From Protoeuglena noctilucae (taxonomy: Eukaryota), in the NCBI GenBank assembly GCA_958009085.1, contig OY253680.1, forward strand, positions 62,001-126,000: a stretch of DNA of 64,000 nucleotides, in the 5' to 3' direction. Numbering within the stretch: position 1 is the first letter of the stretch; each line of letters begins with the position of its first letter. A model generated the notes under the pieces. That model did not search any database. It was not told the origin of the DNA and saw only the letters and a program-made list of their open reading frames with translations. Of the stretch, positions 61,301 to 64,000 are shown piece after piece. The position numbers were made by a program, and so were the translations under genes.

Positions 61301-64000
61301 CTACGCGGCCTTGGGCTTCTTCGCCCCTTTCTTCGGCTCGTCCTCGAGGTCCTCCGTGTCGTAGATCCGCTTCGGCTGCGTCTTGGAGTACGCGCTCATC
61401 AGACGGTCCACCACCTCGTCCTTGGCCCCGTCATGCCGCAGCAGCTGCTCCCTCGCGTCCTCCAAAACATTCTTCGTGAGCTCCCCCGACTTCGCGACCA
61501 TGTCCCGCACGAACAGCGCGTGGTGCGTCGAGCCCATGCGGCCGGGGCCCTTGACGTCGCCCAGACCCTGCAGTGGCCGAGGAGGGCGTCGTTGTTAACG
61601 GGTGGTGGTGTTATGAAGCATAGTGTTATGGCAGCGCGGGTACAGCCATAGCACGTCATGAGGCGCAGCATGAAGGAGAGGACAGCCACGCTGCACGGGC
61701 GCTGCACAGTCTCCTTCACAAGAGCCATGTACCCCTCTCTCTCCCCCCGCCTGGCTCGTCACCTCATCTCCTCTACCACCGCTCTCTCATCATCCCCTCA
61801 CCTGGCTGGGCCTGGTCTTCTCCTTATATCACCATGCACCCCTCTCATTATTCCCTCGCCTGGCTTGTCATCCCATCTCCGCTACCAATGCTCTCTCATA
61901 TTACTCCCTCACCTGGCTCGGCCTGGTCTTTTCCTTGGGATGCACGAAGTTCCTGTCAAAGGGCTTCCGCGCTTTCTTCCAGGGGAGGTCCTCGCGGATG
62001 GCGGCCTGCGTGGGATTCGAACATTCGCAGATTTGAATGGGAATGGGTTGTAGATGGGAATGATGGCAAGTAATGTGAACGAAATGTGGGAGGGGTGAGA
62101 GGGCGAGGGAGCTTGGATGGGTGAGAGTAGAGTAAAGAGAGCTTACAGAGTGGCTGGGCAATAGGTGATGGCGCACAGCGTGGTTGAGCAAGAGAGAGTA
62201 GTCAGCAACTCAAATGCAGCTTGGCTGTCTTCCACAATGTCTCACCTGTGGCAGGTACACCCTCTGCGGCATCCAGTCCAGGGGGTCAGCGGCGCGGGCC
62301 TGGGGGAGACGAGAGAGGGAGGCAAGCATTTCATATTAAGCAATTACATATGCTGATACTAGCACATGTCAGGTCATGCGATGCCACACACCGCCCTTGC
62401 ATCACCAGCGACCACAGACACCCACACCCCCACCCCCACACCCACACTGCTACCCACCCCCACCCCAACACCCCCACCCACACCCACCCCCTCACCTTGA
62501 CTGCCATGGCCAGCAGCGCCCCCTTGCTGCTCATGCGTGGGTTGTACAGCACCGTCAACACCCCCTCCTTGCGCCCCCCGTGACCCACGAGGATTTGATC
62601 AATCTTGTCGTGCCACTCCAGGCCCACCACGCTCCCGGACAGGCCCAGCATGCGTTCCACCTCTCCCGTCTGCGGAACGGTGGGAGTGACTTTGATAGAG
62701 AACGTAGTACTAGCATTGCAGTATCCAGTACTAGCATGGGGTGACGTCCTAGCGTGCAGTGACACACCACCAAGGTAGTCATGAACACCAGCTGCCCGTT
62801 GTCCCCATCCCTCCCATCTCTCAGCATAACCATCACACCACTCTCACCTCCGCATTCAAAAACACCAGCTGCCCGTTGTCCCCGTCCCGTGCCGCGCTCG
62901 TCCCCGTCGCCACCACTCTGTCCCCCGGCCCCAGCCTCACTGCCGTGTTCTCATGGGTATTTAAAAGACCCTCACGCACCCACACCGCCTTCTTCAGATT
63001 GCGCTGGTCCCTGCGAGCGTGGCAGTGTAGAGACGGGGGTTATAGAAGGGTCCTATAGGAAGGGTCACCCTTCTTCTCATTGTCGTGCTGGCGGTGCAAT
63101 AGGCGCCAGCCAGTATGCTCGCCATTGCTGCTCAGCGCTACCACTGCTCTGCACCTTCGCTACACCCCCAATCCCACCCCCACCCGCACCCCCCACCCCT
63201 CACCACCGCTATGCACGCACACCCCACAAGCACACCCCACATAACCCACCCCATCCTCACCCCATCCTCACCACCGTTACATCCCCCCCCCCATAAGCAC
63301 ACCCCTCCTCACCACCTCGCCACCGTCCCGTCCGTGCTCCTCGACACGAACCCCAGACCATCTCTGAAGAACTGCACCGAAGACACCGACTCCCCGTCCG
63401 CATGGGCAGACCGGAAGAGGTGCTTGGGTCTAGTCGCGTAGTTCCACTCCTGCCGGCCCTTGCCGAGGATGTCGGCGTTGGCGACTAACACCGTGCCCAC
63501 GGCCGCGCTGTAGCCGAACTTGCCGCGGACGTCGTAGAGGTGCACGGAGCCGTCCTTGAGGCCCGCGGCGATCTGTTGGGGGGGGGTGGGGGTGTGGTGG
63601 GGTGGTGGGGGGGGGGTGGGAGGTGGTGGGGTGGGTTGAACGGCGATGTGTGAGGGGTCTGGGTGGGGGTGAATGCATACGTGGATATACGCTCATCCCA
63701 CCCCACCGCCCCCACACCCATGTCCCCCCCCGTCCACCCCTCACCTGTGCCCCGTCGTTGCTGTATGCGCAAGTGGACACATGCACCCGCGTTCCCGGCC
63801 GCACGGGCTGTGGCTTGATGACGGTCGTCTGCTTGATCTCCCAGAGGTCCCAGGCACGCACGGTGCCGTCCTCGCTCGACGTGATGGCTGCGGGAATAGG
63901 GGGGGTGCATGCCGAAAAGGAATGTTGATAAGGAATGTACAAGTGAAGGTGGTGGATGATGGGTCACACTCTCTTATCCCGCTTATCCATCAATGCCGCC
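61301..64000 (-). CDS. WDR70: WD repeat protein WDR70/GAD-1, 3' portion
   Basis: Motifs TSSEDGTVRAWDL, TCAYSNDG, VSRSTDGT, LEWHDKIDQI..VLYNP..S.KGA, EDAREQLLRH and AYSKTQP. Confidence 0.88.

Overview
This is GC-rich, intron-rich eukaryotic nuclear DNA. It most likely comes from a flagellated green alga, inferred from cilia genes, a plastid-transit-like N-terminus and an algal-type 5S rRNA. I can support about 18 protein genes: an unknown gene, PSF3, an R/D/E repeat protein, TON2/PPP2R3C, CFAP58, a 5'-truncated RAD17, an NLR-like 4-helix-bundle/NACHT/WD40 gene, a Plavaka-type transposase, HRD1, AsnRS, an FSH1/OVCA2 hydrolase, CFAP144, a ZIP4/SPO22-like gene, DeSI, an F-box/ankyrin protein, a USP, a TOPORS-like gene and WDR70. 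There is also a convergent tRNA-Gly/5S rRNA pair and a 200-N assembly gap. The most unusual signals are: (1) recurrent short duplications that copy exon-intron junctions into the adjacent intron, creating decoy splice sites (at least 11 cases in 5 genes); (2) frequent GC-AG introns; (3) a putatively plastid-targeted charge-block protein built from symmetric phase-2 repeat exons; (4) an MLKL/HeLo-like NACHT-WD40 gene with a stop at a WD-motif Trp position, lying head-to-head with an intron-containing Plavaka-type transposase; (5) coding lesions in the ZIP4-like, RAD17 and FSH1 genes. All gene models were spliced by eye. Family assignments rest on remembered motifs, not database searches.
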